Positions 11,886 to 25,616 of a stretch of 64,000 nucleotides of DNA are shown one piece after another; within the stretch, counting starts at the first letter, position 1; the number at the start of each line of letters is the position of its first letter. Made by a program: the position numbers and the translations under genes. The notes beneath the pieces were generated by a model. It ran no database searches. It was not told where the DNA came from and saw only the letters and a list, made by a program, of their open reading frames with translations. The DNA comes from Utricularia gibba (taxonomy: Eukaryota > Plantae > Magnoliophyta): NCBI GenBank assembly GCA_002189035.1, contig NEEC01000002.1, positions 4,526,001 to 4,590,000 of the forward strand. Reading direction: 5' to 3'.

Positions 11886-13018
11886 CTCAATTTTTTGTTG
11901 CTTATTTACTGTCGATAAAAATGTTTATTTACTGACCGTTGGATCCAAGACGGTCTCGTAGCCCCTAGCTAGCCTAGGCGAGGGTGGGCATGACTTTTTT
12001 GTTCTTTATTATTTATATTTAAAAAATGTGTAGTGTATGGTAACTAATAATATAGGTTAGCATTTTACAGCTTTCTCCTTGGGCGTACGGTGCGCCTAAT
12101 CCTGCTGGTAGCATCCCCGGATGGGGACAATAATGGAATATTATAAAGTTGAAATGAATTAGCAGCCACGTGGGCACGACGAATAGTTGAATTGTTTATT
12201 AATGTAATCAAAGATTGAATAAAAATGAACACTGAAAATGATCATGTTTTCATGAATATATTGACGAGATTTTTAAGTCACTCAGCTTGAATGAACCTCC
12301 GATTTGCACACGCAGAACACAATTCCTTAATCAATGAAAGAAGAATAGGCTTTGGTCTACATTCCAAACACAAGATGACGTAATTTTAAATCGTGAAGTC
12401 AAAAGTTTAAAGGAGTACAGTTGGATTTAATGCAAGTGTTGAGACATAAAACCATCTCCAACCATGAGATGGATGCTTTATGAAAAAATGCCTTATTTAT
12501 TGTGAAGATGAATGGAGAGCGAGATATCATGGAAGGCTAAGAAGGATGATGAGTTTGACAAGTGATAAAACCCACCCAGTCATATTTCGAAGGAAACAGC
12601 TCGCCATGTTTGTGAAAGCTTAGCTAATAGATTCCCCATCATTCGTTATGTATGCTCTTCTTTCTAAACTGCGTATATCATTAAAAATAATAGATTTTTA
12701 CTTTTCATGTTGATAATTAACACTAAATTTGTGATATTTATTATATTTTTGAATGGTGTGGGACAAGCCCAAAAATATTTATGTAACCATTGTGTCTGGA
12801 TGACATGGATTCATCCATTCCACCTTGAAACATGGCGGCCCATGCTATGAAAATAAATGAGAATCAAGGGATGAACATTCCTTTAGGAATTTACATTTAT
12901 GAAGTTTTATGATTATAGTACAATTATAGGTATAGATTTCAGTTCCATTCTTATATATGTATCCATTTTTGATTCAATGAATTTGTGCACATTTCATTCC
13001 CAATTCTTCCTTTCTACA

Positions 13019-13260
13019 TGGTATCGGAGTGATTCTGAATTTTTTGTTTTCCTCATTGTTTTTTTGGACTTTTCGGGTTCTTCATTCTCTATGATCAACC
13101 GCTTGGATGAGAACAACTTTGTAGCATGATCCAAGGCTGTTCTCATTGCTTCACATAGTCATGGATGCCTTTCAGATCGATGGCTCTAAGACACCATTAG
13201 TTGTCCTGTAAATCAGACACCAAGAATGAGAAACAATCAAAACCTCAAGCATGTAACATA
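13019..13260 (+). mobile_element. copia 5' remnant: PBS and start of gag
   Basis: ...CTACA|TGGTATCGGAG followed by RLDENNFVA*SKAVL, resembling a copia gag N-terminus. Confidence 0.45.
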
Positions 13261-13575
13261 CCTTCCTAAAATATTTCTCAATCTCCTAGGATTCAAGAAA
13301 CTCTTTGAGAACATGATGTGGGTTTTAGAAATCAGTCAAATATATATGTCTAACCCTAATGAGCTTGAGACAAAATGAGGTAAAACGTGGGCTTGGCCTG
13401 CATACACACACAAGAGGCTTATGGGGTCAGTTTTGCACCCTCCTACATGCGTAGCCTTTTCAGATTCAGAGGCCTTTGAAAACCAAATCCAATCTAACAA
13501 ATTAGAACCCTATGCACACACGAAGCCCAGCTTATTCTCAAGCCTATCAAAGTTAATGGGTTAGTATCCTATATA

Positions 13576-14700
13576 TGTTGGTGTATGTGTTCTAGATACA
13601 ATCAACTCATTGGCAAATCTTATCCTTTGATGTTTACCTTGAATTGTGATCAAGTTTACATCATTGATAAAATCCTTTACTTAATCTATGTGCTATAGAA
13701 ATTATGATGAGATCATAATGTGAGATTCTTCAAGCATTTATGTTCAAGTTAAAAACTCCCTGGCTAGAGTGTTTGTGAAATAAGGATATCACAAATACGG
13801 ATAATCTGGCACACATTGACTTCCCTAAACAGTTTAGGCAATGGTTCTCACAATTGATGTAATGAGATTACTAGAACCTATGTGTGGGTGTCGATTAGGA
13901 ATCGATTCTTTGGATTACTCATCTTTGAGATGCTATTATAGTAAGCTAACCAAGTGTCAGTAGCAAGATCTCGAATATGACAGCCGTGACTTAGCTTAGA
14001 CTTGAGGTCAACAAAGTTATCTTGATATTAAGCTCACATTTTCGCTCATTACTAATGGTAGCCTAACTATGGCTTGCCTAGTATTGATGAGTAGGGATAT
14101 AACTCCTTAAGATTGGAGATAATTGATTGATCAATAAAGGATTCATCACTCATGTTAGCTATGAGATTAATCTCACGTAATTGCATCAAAGCCTAACAGT
14201 AAGTCTTGGGACTAGGGTAATGACACTCAAATTGTTTGAGTAGGTCATTGAGTGTTAGTGCTTGAATGCAATTATAAGTTCGATACATCTGAAAGACACA
14301 CACCCATGTTCTGGTATCGAATGAGATATACGTATGATGAAAGCTGTTGATTGCATGGTGGCTGGTCATGGAAATGCTCAATCAGTTCACCTGATTATTC
14401 TTTAATCTTGGGGATCATGATATGTTACTAGACATCACTCATGATCGATAATGATAGATTTGATTAATTAAGAGTTAATTAATAAATTCATTATTACGGC
14501 CTTTATTGAGGAAGCCTATAGGGTCACATACAACATTGGAGTCACTCATCGATATAAAATAGAATGATACAATTATAGAGATGTAATTGGTAAGGTGGAT
14601 AAATTAAATAGAGAGTTATTTTGAGATTAATATTGATTAAACTCAAAATAAAAGATCTCATATAGATATATTTGATATGTCACAAAAAATCTATCGAAAA
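13576..14700 (+). repeat. Long copia-type (Angela/Ikeros-like) LTR, 3'-truncated
   Basis: Starts TGTTGGTGTATGTG. The same family recurs at 39875-40330, 46567-47222 and 47228-47974. Clade assignment is tentative and the right edge approximate. Confidence 0.65.
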
Positions 14701-15158
14701 AAATTTAGATCTTGAGATCTAGGTCTAGAGACAAAATGCGAAAAATGTGCAAAAAAATTGTTCCAAGTTAGTTTTAATTCACTTCTCACGTGCATTGACT
14801 TCTTCCGCTTCCCTTCCATCATTCTTTTTATCTTGTGTGTTCCAACGGTTTTCCATGCATGCAATTAAGTGCTCAATCATGTGCAAACTCTGACATGCCG
14901 TAAGTTAGGAGTTCTAACTAGTGCCAATCTTCTACCCACAGTTGACCCAAGTTGTGTACAAGGCATGAAATGTGAATGATTTTTTCCTGCAAGCCTCTTG
15001 CAAGTCTTCTGCCACTCTCCAAACCTGACTCCTTACATTTTGGGTGAAAGTGCATGAAAAAAGATAAAAAAAATATGTACAAAATGCAAAAATAGGATTT
15101 TTCTAAGAAAATAGAATACTTATCAATAAAACTCCTAATTTAGGCAACTTAATCCTAA

Positions 15159-15720
15159 TTAGCACATGACTATCATATGGTAGCTTCTTGTATGCTTATA
15201 AAATAGAGCAGCCTCATTTTTGCTCTTTTTGAACTCAAAGTCTGAAAGAGCTGATTCGAGCTTGGAGTACCAAGCATTGGAGGCTTTTTTCAAGCCATAG
15301 ATTACCTTGGATAATAGCACTGCTTGGTGTTTTTGGATTTCAAAGCTGGGTGGTTGCACGGCATAGATGTTTTCTTGTAAATATCCATTCAAAAAGGTTG
15401 TCTACACATCCATTTGTAGGATCTTTCATGTTTTTTGAGCTCCAATGGATAAAATCATACATATAGTATCAAACCTAGTCACTAGAGCAAATGTGCTAAA
15501 GTAGTCCACACCATATTCTTGAGAGTAGCATTTTGCAACCATTCTAGCCTTGTGTTGTTTGATGCTACCATCAGAATTGGTTTTTGATTAGAAAATCCAT
15601 TTGAGCCATACTATGTTGATAGCATTTTGAGGTTTACTAACTATGTAAGATAGAACATAAAGACAGTCATATAGTTGCTTAATTAAATAGAAAACATTGA
15701 GAAGAATCTTAGAACCCATT
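15159..15720 (-). pseudogene. Degenerate copia reverse transcriptase fragment
   Basis: SKTNSDGSIKQHKARMVAK.YSQEYGVDY...LNGYLQENIYAVQP...IYGLKKASNAWY. Confidence 0.8.
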
Positions 15721-18055
15721 ATCAAGCTTACACTTGACCAAATTTGATCATTCTATAGATGAAACCTTCCACTATATCTCTACTTCACTCCTGAAAAGCG
15801 TTAGGATTTTAGGACAATCAATCAGTTCACCACAAATTTCTTCCCACAACTGCGCAGATTGCATACCCTTTTCTTCCAACTTGTTGTTCATGCGTTTTTT
15901 TTTTTTTTTTTGTTTTTAGGACTTACAAGAGCTTCAACGCCTAATTTTTATCCTTATACCACTTCAAGTGATCCTTATCCTCAATACCATGGTGTCTTAA
16001 CCCTCTTTCGCCACCTTGAGCAATATCATTGCCCCAAAAGATGGCAACCCATTGCTGCAACCATTTTTACCCATTTCAATTTCCTTGTTCTCTCATGCCT
16101 TGTCTAAATTCCAAACGAAATGTTGTGTCTCACATGATAATTTTGAATAAGTAAAAGTTCATGAAATATGACCTAGTGTTCATGTCAATCAATGTATGTC
16201 ATGAGATTAAAGTGTAGTGTGGCTATTTGAAGCACAAGACTTGTAAGACAGCTATGAACGGACACTCCTTTATGTCAAACATGTTTGAGACAACTCCTTA
16301 TAGAGTTATAGCCAATAAATGGTAGGAGTTGAGGAATTGAAAGGAAAAGGGAAGAAGGATTGCAATCATGTGGAGTTGGTAAAGGGGATGGTACCCCTCT
16401 ACAGATTTCATGAGCCAAAGTCATGAAAACTTCTTGATATTGGTTTCTAAGGTTGGCAGGCTAAAGTTACTGAGGTTAAGAGAGTACAGCCGTGCATATA
16501 AATGATCAAATAACTAAGAGACTCTTGATATGATAAATTTTTTTTTCTTATTCTTCATGTCTACTAATGTGCTTATATTTTAAATGCTTGCATGTTTCTT
16601 TACCTGTCCTCCTTGATTATATGTTTTATATTCAGTGCCTTGACCGCTAAACCTTCTAGGAAAGAAACCGAAAAGGAAGGACTAGGTACTACGATTCAGG
16701 TCATAGGGAGGAAGTCTTACTACCAACCGTTTTCATGCTTCTCATGCTTGGTCTTAGGTTGGACTTTAGGAATGTAGCTTGTTTTGAAACTAATTCTTGT
16801 ATTTCTATATCATCTTTGTGTGTCCTTTAAACCTTATTAATCCTATGGCTATGTAGGGAGTGTAAGGAGAACTAAAATGTGTTTAATTTGCTATGTAGGG
16901 ATGTCCACATCATCCTTTGATGTGTTTATGTGAATAACTTTCTTTGTGCTATATTTGAATCTTGCATGATGTTTTGAATGAAGATAAAATCTTATGTTCA
17001 CTCAAATGTATTTAATTTGCTTATGAATTTGAGTTGATAGGGTAATAAGGTCTTATGTTGCTTAGGAACATAGCATCGAGGCCCGAATTCATGAATGTAT
17101 GAATTTGGGTATTGACAAACTGGCATGCTCTATGCCCTCTCTATCATCTCTAACTTTTCTATAATAGCCTCTTTCAAGTGAGAAACTATGAGAGCCTTGA
17201 TTATAGTAATTGGCTCCATTTCTTGTATAGCTAAGTTTGCATATTCATAATTCTTAAAGAGAAGACAAGTAAGCAAAGGTGATTCGGATGAACCAATCTA
17301 ACCTAGTGATTGTGGGTTTAGTTGCTACTTGAAGTGTGATTGAAGGAAAATTCCAAAGGTATTTATAAAATTGAGCAAGCATTTTACAGCACATTAACAA
17401 TGAAAATAATGTAGTAGGGAGAAGTCCTACGCATAAGTGGGATCAAACAGGGGATTTTTGTTCGTAAGTGGGTTTCTACTCCAAAGAAATTAGAAAAAAA
17501 TTGTAAGAAGGCTTCTACACTAAAAATAGGCTATGAAATGAGTAGATCATCATTTCTAAAAGTTTCAAAGTAACCATTACACTTGATACGAAAATTAATC
17601 ATGCTTAAAAGATAGCTTTAACATGCTACAGGTACTGTTCCAATTCACTCGTGAAAATAGTGAAGAACACCATGATGTAAAACATGCTAAGTTGCAAACA
17701 CTAAAACAAGATAAATGATCAGCAAGAATGTTATGTGAACTAGCAGGTTGCAAAAATGTTGAAATAAAAGGCAGACAATAAAAAGTTTGTTTAGTTCTCC
17801 AAATCCATTCTGGTGTGCATGTCAGTTTCTTCTTCTCCACAGTCAGGTTAAGCACCAAGAAAGGTGGGAAAAAACAAAAAAATTTCCCTTTTCATAAGCA
17901 ATGATATCTCATATCGCCAATAGCACCGAAACTACGATGCCTCTAGCTCGCACACACGAACTAGAAATAATTCCATCTAGAATAAAAGCAACAAATGCAT
18001 CACATACATTTTTCCCAAAATATTTAGACCATCTCACGATATGAACATCCATCTG

Positions 18056-18228
18056 ATACTAATATCTAATATTAGCACCAAGACTTGATTCAACCCTTGA
18101 ATCAACATATTGGGAAAAACACAAATACATCAATACTAATATCTCATATTAGTTTTAATACTTGATTTGACTTTTGAATCAAGACATCAGGAAAACACAA
18201 TAAAGCCAATGCTAGTATCTCATATTAA
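18056..18228. repeat. Short tandem repeat, ~76-77 bp unit, ~2.3 copies
   Basis: AT(A/G)CTA(A/G)TATCT(A/C)ATATTA recurs at 18056, 18133 and 18209, with similar intervening sequence (GAATCAA...GGAAAACACA). Confidence 0.7.
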
Positions 18229-20099
18229 CAATGACTATCAATATTAAAGAAACACGGAGGATAAATGACGAAAGTCACCAAACTTAAAACTAGAGTCGAG
18301 TTTTCTTCTTCGTATCACTATTCACCAGTCTCGTTTCTTGCCAAATCCTCCTGATCGTCTTTCCTTAGAGATTGAACACCTCTTCCTTAGATGAATTCTT
18401 AGAAGAAGATCAGAAAAACTCATGGGAGTTATTCTACTGCCACATATTTATAACCAAGCATTGACATGCATTTTAATACAACACAATTTCTAATGCAAAT
18501 TTATAAATATGGGCTTGGGTCTTAGGCCAAAATCATCAGCCTACATTGTTTCAGGCCTTGGTTACCAATATGAGCCTAAGCCCATATCACCAATCTCTTT
18601 AACCAACTTATGATTCAAATTTAAAAATATGCTAGAGTCTACCGAAAATTCGAATCACAAACGTCCTGGAAAATTTCTAATTCTTTGTGTATATGACTTA
18701 CTAGGTTCATTATTAATCGGCAATAAGAAGCGAGAAATCTCATTTCTCTAACAACAACATTGTCCCAATATATCCTGTTTTTCATAAAATTCAAGGGATG
18801 ACTAGCATAACATATTGTATTTATCCAGTTAAAACTGAATACAATATTCAATGATGAACCTTAATTGCTATCTTTATGAGTATCCCTTCATCATAGACTT
18901 CAATCTGGAATGGAATCATGGATAGTCAAATTCCATTTCATCTAGATCATCAACATTATCCTGAACAAGAACCTGGAATCTCATTCCAATATCTCATGAG
19001 TAATGAAACCTATCTTGATTATTGAGAGATTTTTATACACTATCGACTTAGACCATCACTATCGCTAACTTGTATATTTCAACAAGGCTAAACATCAACA
19101 AATCTAAGACAACAATATTATAAGATACAATGAAACCTCAAGTCAAAGGATCTTTATAAAGTAATCTGAATAACACTATGTTGACGTTTGTAAAATACCA
19201 TACATATGTTATTCAGCGTCATAAGTTCGGTTAGCTCATCTCATGAGCCCCAACAAGGCTTATTCTAACACCTCATGTCAAGCAACATTCGACTTATTAC
19301 CTATTGTATCTTGATAAACACTTTATCAGCATAGTAAAATAAACAAAGGTGACAGTTAAACTCACAATGATGCCCAATCAAATTATCCAAATTGTGAACC
19401 ATTCGAAAAATACATGTTATAGGAGAAATTGTCGAATATTTTAACAACATAAAAATACATTCTCGAGAGATGTAATTTGGCCATTGCCATAAAGAGAGAA
19501 CAACAATTATGGGATGCTAGATTACATGGCTTTTGTTCTAAAACATCACTAGGAAGATTCCAGGTGCTCTACTACTGTTCTAGGCAATGGAGGTGATTGT
19601 AGTGTCACTCTGGAACTACTTCCATTGTCTTCTTCACACAGACAAATCTCTGTTCTTCAGGGCTCTAGGCACTGGAGTTGAGTTCCACTATCACGCTAGA
19701 ACTATCTCTTCTTCGTCTTCTTCCCTGAAACTGGTTTTAACTCGTCAGAAAAACCTCTTCCAATGTTTAAAATCTTCGTACTCTCTCTCTACTCAATCGT
19801 GTCTACCCCTATAGCGTGCCTTGGGGAGCCTTAGCTTCTTCTCATTCCATGTTTCCCATTGGTAGTCTTATCTCCTCGTACATGCAGATGGGTAATTCCT
19901 ATTTGGCTCCTAGACTAATGAATACTACGTAGAGTGGTCATAATACATGGCCTAGCCCAAATAGGCTGACTATTCCTAGGCCTGGATGAGCAGTTAATTC
20001 ACCTCAATAAGCAAATCAAAACAAAATAGGCCCAAAACATGTTTTTACACACACTAAATTTTGACATTTTTACCTATTTTATCTCACCAATTCCTTATC

Positions 20100-22800
20100 C
20101 GAACACTTAAAATACCACAAATATGACTAGTTTTAACTCAACATCAAAGATCGAGTTTCTTTACTTGCATCATCCTCCAACTTTCCTTTGCAAGAGTTTC
20201 CTGAGGTGTAGTAGGTTCTTCTATTTTAAAGTCCTCTTCCGTCCATGATAAACGAAAATTTCTAGTGTCGTTGCAAAAATAGAAAATTCGTTATCAAATA
20301 AAATTTATAATCCCTAATCATCACAAAATACAAATTAAACTGAAAATGCACAGTGGAATTCGGGGTCGATCACAAGAAACTTGTGCTTGTCTTGTATTTC
20401 AGCAAATGCAGAATTCAAAGTAGGTAAGTCTTAGTCCAAGCTCGAAACAACAGTTGTAAACAAGTTCGGTAAACAAGGTCAGTAAGTAATATCAAGGTCT
20501 ACCTCTAAATCAAGCATCTAAGTTGTAAAGCTATTTGTTCCCCTCCTTAGGTCTACTCATGGTTTGATAAAAACAAGAGCTAAGAAACTAAGGTCAATTT
20601 TACTAAGACTCTTAGACCCACACCACCATGCTTCACCTTAAGGCACTCCTAGGGTTTAGCTACTCATGCTTTAAAGGTAAAATGTAATGCCATTAACATA
20701 AAAAAGCGAAAATGTTGAGAACATCGTGCAGAAGTTTAGTGCAGAAACTAAAGACATCAACAAACTAAAAGAAAGCAAAAAGTAATCTTGTTTCTGTCTG
20801 CTACTGTTCTGGGCTGGACCAGTAGCGCTGAACTGGCTCTTGATCTTCTTCCTTCAAGCTGGAGGTTCTTCTCCAGAAAAATCGCCTTTCTTCCCCCTTC
20901 TTCCCCGTGTTTCAGTTGGGGTGGGGGGAGAAACCCCCTCGTGTGTGCCCTCTTGAAAATTGTGGGATGATCTCCCTTTTTTTGTGATTCTCTCTCTTCA
21001 GCTTTCACTTGCCTCCCACTTTCCAAGGCAAGTACATTCTCTAACAGATCTGCTGCTCCAGGCCCTGACTTGCAGACTGTCGCCGTGACAGTGTACTCAT
21101 TGCCCTATGCACCTTGGTGACTTACACAAATCCAGATTTTTCCTTGATTCTTGTGCTGCTGCTAGACTCCAAAATCAGGTTAGACATGGGGTGGGCTAAA
21201 TCAAAGGATTTAGCCCACTAATCACACCAAAAATCATCTTTTCCCGAATCAAATAAAAATACTTAAAACTATAAAATTAACACTTAAACATAATTAAAAT
21301 CTTTGATTTTTCTTATCCTAAAACATGAAAATTTGTGTGTTATCAGTCCAATCATATAGTAAGTTGATATAAAACTCTTTAGAATTTGGTGGTGCACTAG
21401 ATGAGGTTTTTGATATTTTCAATGAAGGATTCTAGAAGTTTGGATAGTCAAAGGACCAATTCCACATATTTAATTCATTGATCATAACATTCTTGGTAAT
21501 ACAAAACTTCTTAGTTAGAGGGTTGCAAATTTTGTATCTCTTTTCAAACTTCAGAGTAGCCTATAAGGATGCCTCCTTCACCTCCTTATGTTCATGCAAG
21601 ATGGTGAGGTGCCTTTTCATTTTTCATACAGAGTGCCTCCTTTCAATTTTCTGTTGGGAAGTATATTTTACAAATAGATAGCTATTGAGACTATTGCTTC
21701 CCATAGAGTATGTGACAATCCTTTATCTAGTAGTAGGTTCCTCACCATAGTCATGATGCTTCTATTCTTTCTCTCTACTACTCCATTTTATAATCAAGAA
21801 TTCCATGATCCTAAATGTAGAGGTCAAAGAAAAAAGAGTAGAATTCTCCGCCGTTATCAATACTTAGAAATTTGATAGAGGAACCGCTTTCCTTCTTTGT
21901 TAAAGCCTTGAAGATTTGACACGTTTCTAAGGCACTATACTTGTATTTCAAGAAGTAGATCCAAAAAAAAGGGAGTTAGATCATCAATGAAGGTAACAAA
22001 ATATTTGATCCTAGTAAAAGAATTTACCTTCAATGAGCTGCAAAAATCTAAGTAAGCTAGAGCCAAATTTTCAAATGCTCTAAAGGTTCTAAGTTGAGGA
22101 AAATGTACTTGTGTTAGTTTGCTTTTGGCATAAATACTATACTAAGTTCCCTTCATTTTCTTCTAAAACTCTATTATTCCTCTGATCAGTGCTTGTTTAG
22201 ACATGTTGTATATGTCCTTAAGATTGGCATGCCTGAATAAATTATGAAAGTACTATGTAGAAGTACCAACACAAGACAAGTGATTTTGTTCCAAGTTTAA
22301 ATATTTTTCAAAGGTCACATTGGATCCTTTCTTTACTAACTAATAATGCTTAGAAGATTCATTTCTAGTTGTGGCACCCACAATACATCATCTATGTATC
22401 TTAGAAGATTCATTTCCTTTGTCTTGTGCCTTCATGATGTTACCAATGCCAATTTCAACATTAGCAAAAAAACTGGTGTCAAGAGTGTCAAAGAATTCCC
22501 TGTTGCATGTCATGTGAGATGATCACCTTGAATCTATTTGCAAGGAATTGTAAGTCATCTTGTGACTTGCTACAGAGCATGTAAAATTGAAGCGAAGACG
22601 TATTGTGTTACTAGAGAGTTTTTTGTTTTCCTATCTGGAAAAATCCTCTCAACATGGTGGTTTGCACACCTTGCAAATGATGTATGGCCTCTTCCAACAC
22701 TATTTAGCATAGTGATGTGTTTTCACAAAACAAACGAGATGGAAGCTTGTTCTCCTTTTCTTTGTTGCCATTTTGCCTAGAACTTACAATAGTGCTACAG
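20100..22800 (-). mobile_element. Highly degenerate copia internal region (protease, integrase, start of RT), interrupted by a solo LTR
   Basis: Minus-strand IDSR*SSHMTCNREFF (~22540), QNGVVERKNRSIMTMVR (~21770) and EEPTTPQE (~20200). Boundaries approximate. Confidence 0.7.
20246..21345 (-). mobile_element. Athila-like solo LTR (1100 bp) with perfect 5-bp TSD GTCCA
   Basis: TGATAA...TTATCA termini; GTCCA at 20241-20245 and 21346-21350. Confidence 0.9.
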
Positions 22801-23102
22801 TCCCCTTGGCATGTTGAAGGCATTTGAAATTTGAGAGCTACTAGAGGTCTTTCAAGTGCTAAGCAATCCCTTAGTATGTGATTTTCTAAAGCTTGTACTA
22901 GAGCAAATTGAGGTAGCAGGGAGTTTAGGATCTTCTCAGTAACCACAAATTGAGGTAGTTCAGACTTTCAACCCATTTCTGGTGATCTGATTCTGGTCTT
23001 GTTCATTGGTTCACATTTGGAATTGCAATCGGCAATCACCGTTGCATCAGCTGCACCCAGATCAATGTGTACACTGATAATTATCTTATTCTTCAACATT
23101 AT

Positions 23103-23233
23103 GTATAGCTGTGCAGTCCCATCGTAGTAGCTGGAAGCTCCCGGCATGAAGTTGGCTCCGATCACGATGTTTCTTCCATCTGCATCCTAGTTGAGATACG
23201 TCGGTGGGTACGAGTCAAACCCCAGAAACTCCA
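23103..23233 (-). pseudogene. Orphan exon 2 of a GDSL esterase/lipase gene
   Basis: VEFLGFDSYPPTYLN*DADGRNIVIGANFMPGASSYYDGTAQLY matches the GDSL block-II region (xLGFxSYPPAYL...IGANFASxASGYYDGTA). The 131-bp segment has AG upstream, an internal stop, and ATAATG where the GT donor is expected. Confidence 0.8.
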
Positions 23234-24027
23234 CTATCGACTTTCTGGAAAAGCAAGCGATTTTTAAAATAAACATACAATAAAAGACCAAAAACGAGGA
23301 AAACTTGATAAGAAATCTGTATCTAGTGTATTTGTTGGTTATAGCAACACTACCAAGGGATGTAAAGTTTATATACCTGACCAGAAGAAATTCATCTTTA
23401 ATCATGATGTCTCTTTTGATAAAGGTGCAAAGTACACTTTGATTAAAGATTGCATTTCTCTGAATGATGCAGAAGCTCATCAAAATCTTGGAGGGCATAA
23501 CACTCACGTGAAATGTGACCTTTGGACACACATGAAACTGAAGATGGAATTCAACAAACCAAGAAACTGAAGATGGAATTGAAAATATACAGGTGAATGA
23601 GAACTCAAAATCAACTTCAGAACTCTTCCATGAAGATTCAAATCAAGTAAAGGATCAGTATTCAGATGAGAATTTCCAACCTCCAGAAGAGAAGAAGGTC
23701 ACAAATGAAGACGACTTACCCAATGAGAATTCAGAATCAATCTCAGAACCCTTATATGAACAATCACATCAGGCAAATGATCAATATTGAAATGGCAATT
23801 TCGAAGTCCCAGAAGAGGAGCAAGGCACGAATGCAGAAGACTTATCAACAGATGAATTTGATGGAGAGGAACCTGATACTGATGATGAAGATTATTACCC
23901 ATCTGATCGTGATTGGCAAGGAAGAAAATGCAAAAACATCAGAGATTCAATAGATAGTGAAGATAGTCATGTTACTAGCATAAGACGAAGCAAAAGAAAC
24001 AAAGATCCTACAATAAGTTTCTCCAAC

Positions 24028-24396
24028 TTGAATGATGATGTTCAAGATGCTGTAGCTGATATTTTGGCTGGATTATTGACAGGAGATCCAACATCATTTG
24101 AAGTGGCTGTACAAAATCCGAAATGGAGAGATTCCATGAAGGAAGAAATGAATTCTATACTTAAAAATGAAACATGGGAGTTAGTTGATAAACTGAAGGA
24201 TATGGGTTTCAAACCTATTGGTCTCAAGTGCTTATTCAAAACCAAGATGAATGCAGATGGCTCTGTTAACAAATATAAGGCTAGATTAGTAGCCAAGGGA
24301 TATAGTCAAATCAAAGTAATAAATTTTCATGAGATTTTTGCACCAGTAGCAAGATTTGGCACAATTAAGGTATTTCTTGCCATTTCAGCTGCTCAT
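24028..24396 (+). pseudogene. copia-2 reverse transcriptase N-terminal part
   Basis: DPTSFEVA...WRDSMKEEMNSILKNETWELV...KYKARLVAKGYSQ...FAPVAR. Confidence 0.9.
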
Positions 24397-24965
24397 TGAT
24401 GAGATCATGGATGCTACAAATTATCCCAACGAAGATAAAGTACACAAGATCAATAATCCTCCATTGATTTCAGTTGGGCCAATCACTAGATCAAGAATAA
24501 GAAGGAATCAAGAAGTGCTTAAGAGCTTATGAGCCAATCAACTAAGCTATAAGGTGTTTGGCATGGAATTCAACATTCTCAAAGTGGATTAACTTGATTA
24601 GAAAAGGCTCATTATTACCAAATGCATTATAATGACTACTTTTCCTCCAATAAGGCTCAATCCTTCATCTATCTAAGAAGGCCTTACTCTTTTTTTGGAC
24701 AACTTTGATTGTAATCACTTTTGAGAGCTATTCTTCTTCCTTGAGTTCTTGTAGAACTTAGACTTATCAAGCCTCGCTTGTGCTGTCTAGTGTGTGGTTT
24801 ATCACTTTCAATTCCTTCCTTGATTCCGTGAGTGTGGTACCATTTCATAGTTTGGGTTGCAAGGATCTTTCCATACTTGAGGGCCAACTACTTTTTCTTG
24901 AGGGATTGCTTCTTTTCAACCAAGATCTGGTTTGCCAATCACTTGTTGATTGAAGGGTCGTATCA
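24397..24965 (+). repeat. CRM-A 5' LTR
   Basis: Direct repeat of 37347-37916 with many substitutions; followed by the PBS. Confidence 0.92.
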
Positions 24966-25616
24966 GGTGGTATCAGAGCCAATCTTTCTCTTCTTCATAT
25001 CCTATCTATCTTGTTGTGGTTTCGTTCTAAGAAAAAAAAAACAGAAACTAGTCCATATCTATCTTGATTTGCTTATCTTGTCTTTTGCCTATCTCTTCTT
25101 CTGAAAAGAAAAACCAAGGGGGGTTTCTTATCTTATTTCTTCCAACCTTTTCTTCTGGATTGCTGCAAAAAGAAAAAAAAAAACGTGTTGAAGGGAGAAA
25201 GAACGTTAGCAGCTGAATTTTCAACTTTTCACACACAAGAAAAGTCAAAAAAAGAAGTTAGTCAATTGAATCCATTGAATCTTCTACTTACTAAACAAAA
25301 GAAAAGTCAAGATTGTACAACTTTGTCTATTATCCCACTTATATTCCATTTTAACTCTTTTCATTTGTCTACCTACCACTTTTGGTGCTAATCACAACAA
25401 GTTACACTCTATCTTTTCATTCCTACTCTTACCTATTCATAATTACTATTACCATTACCAAGTCCTATATTACTCATTTTATCCCACTTATTACCCTATC
25501 CACTCTTATCTCTTTGAACCACACTTAGATTGATCATTTAAGGTTTATTGAGTCTTAAAGTTCAAGAGGACTTGAGTTTTGGAAATTCTCTCCTTCTTCT
25601 TTTACTTCTATCTTTC

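Noticed and set aside
16200-20100. Additional gypsy LTR/UTR debris
   Set aside because: It looks TE-derived, but I could not define termini, TSDs or coding motifs well enough to annotate.
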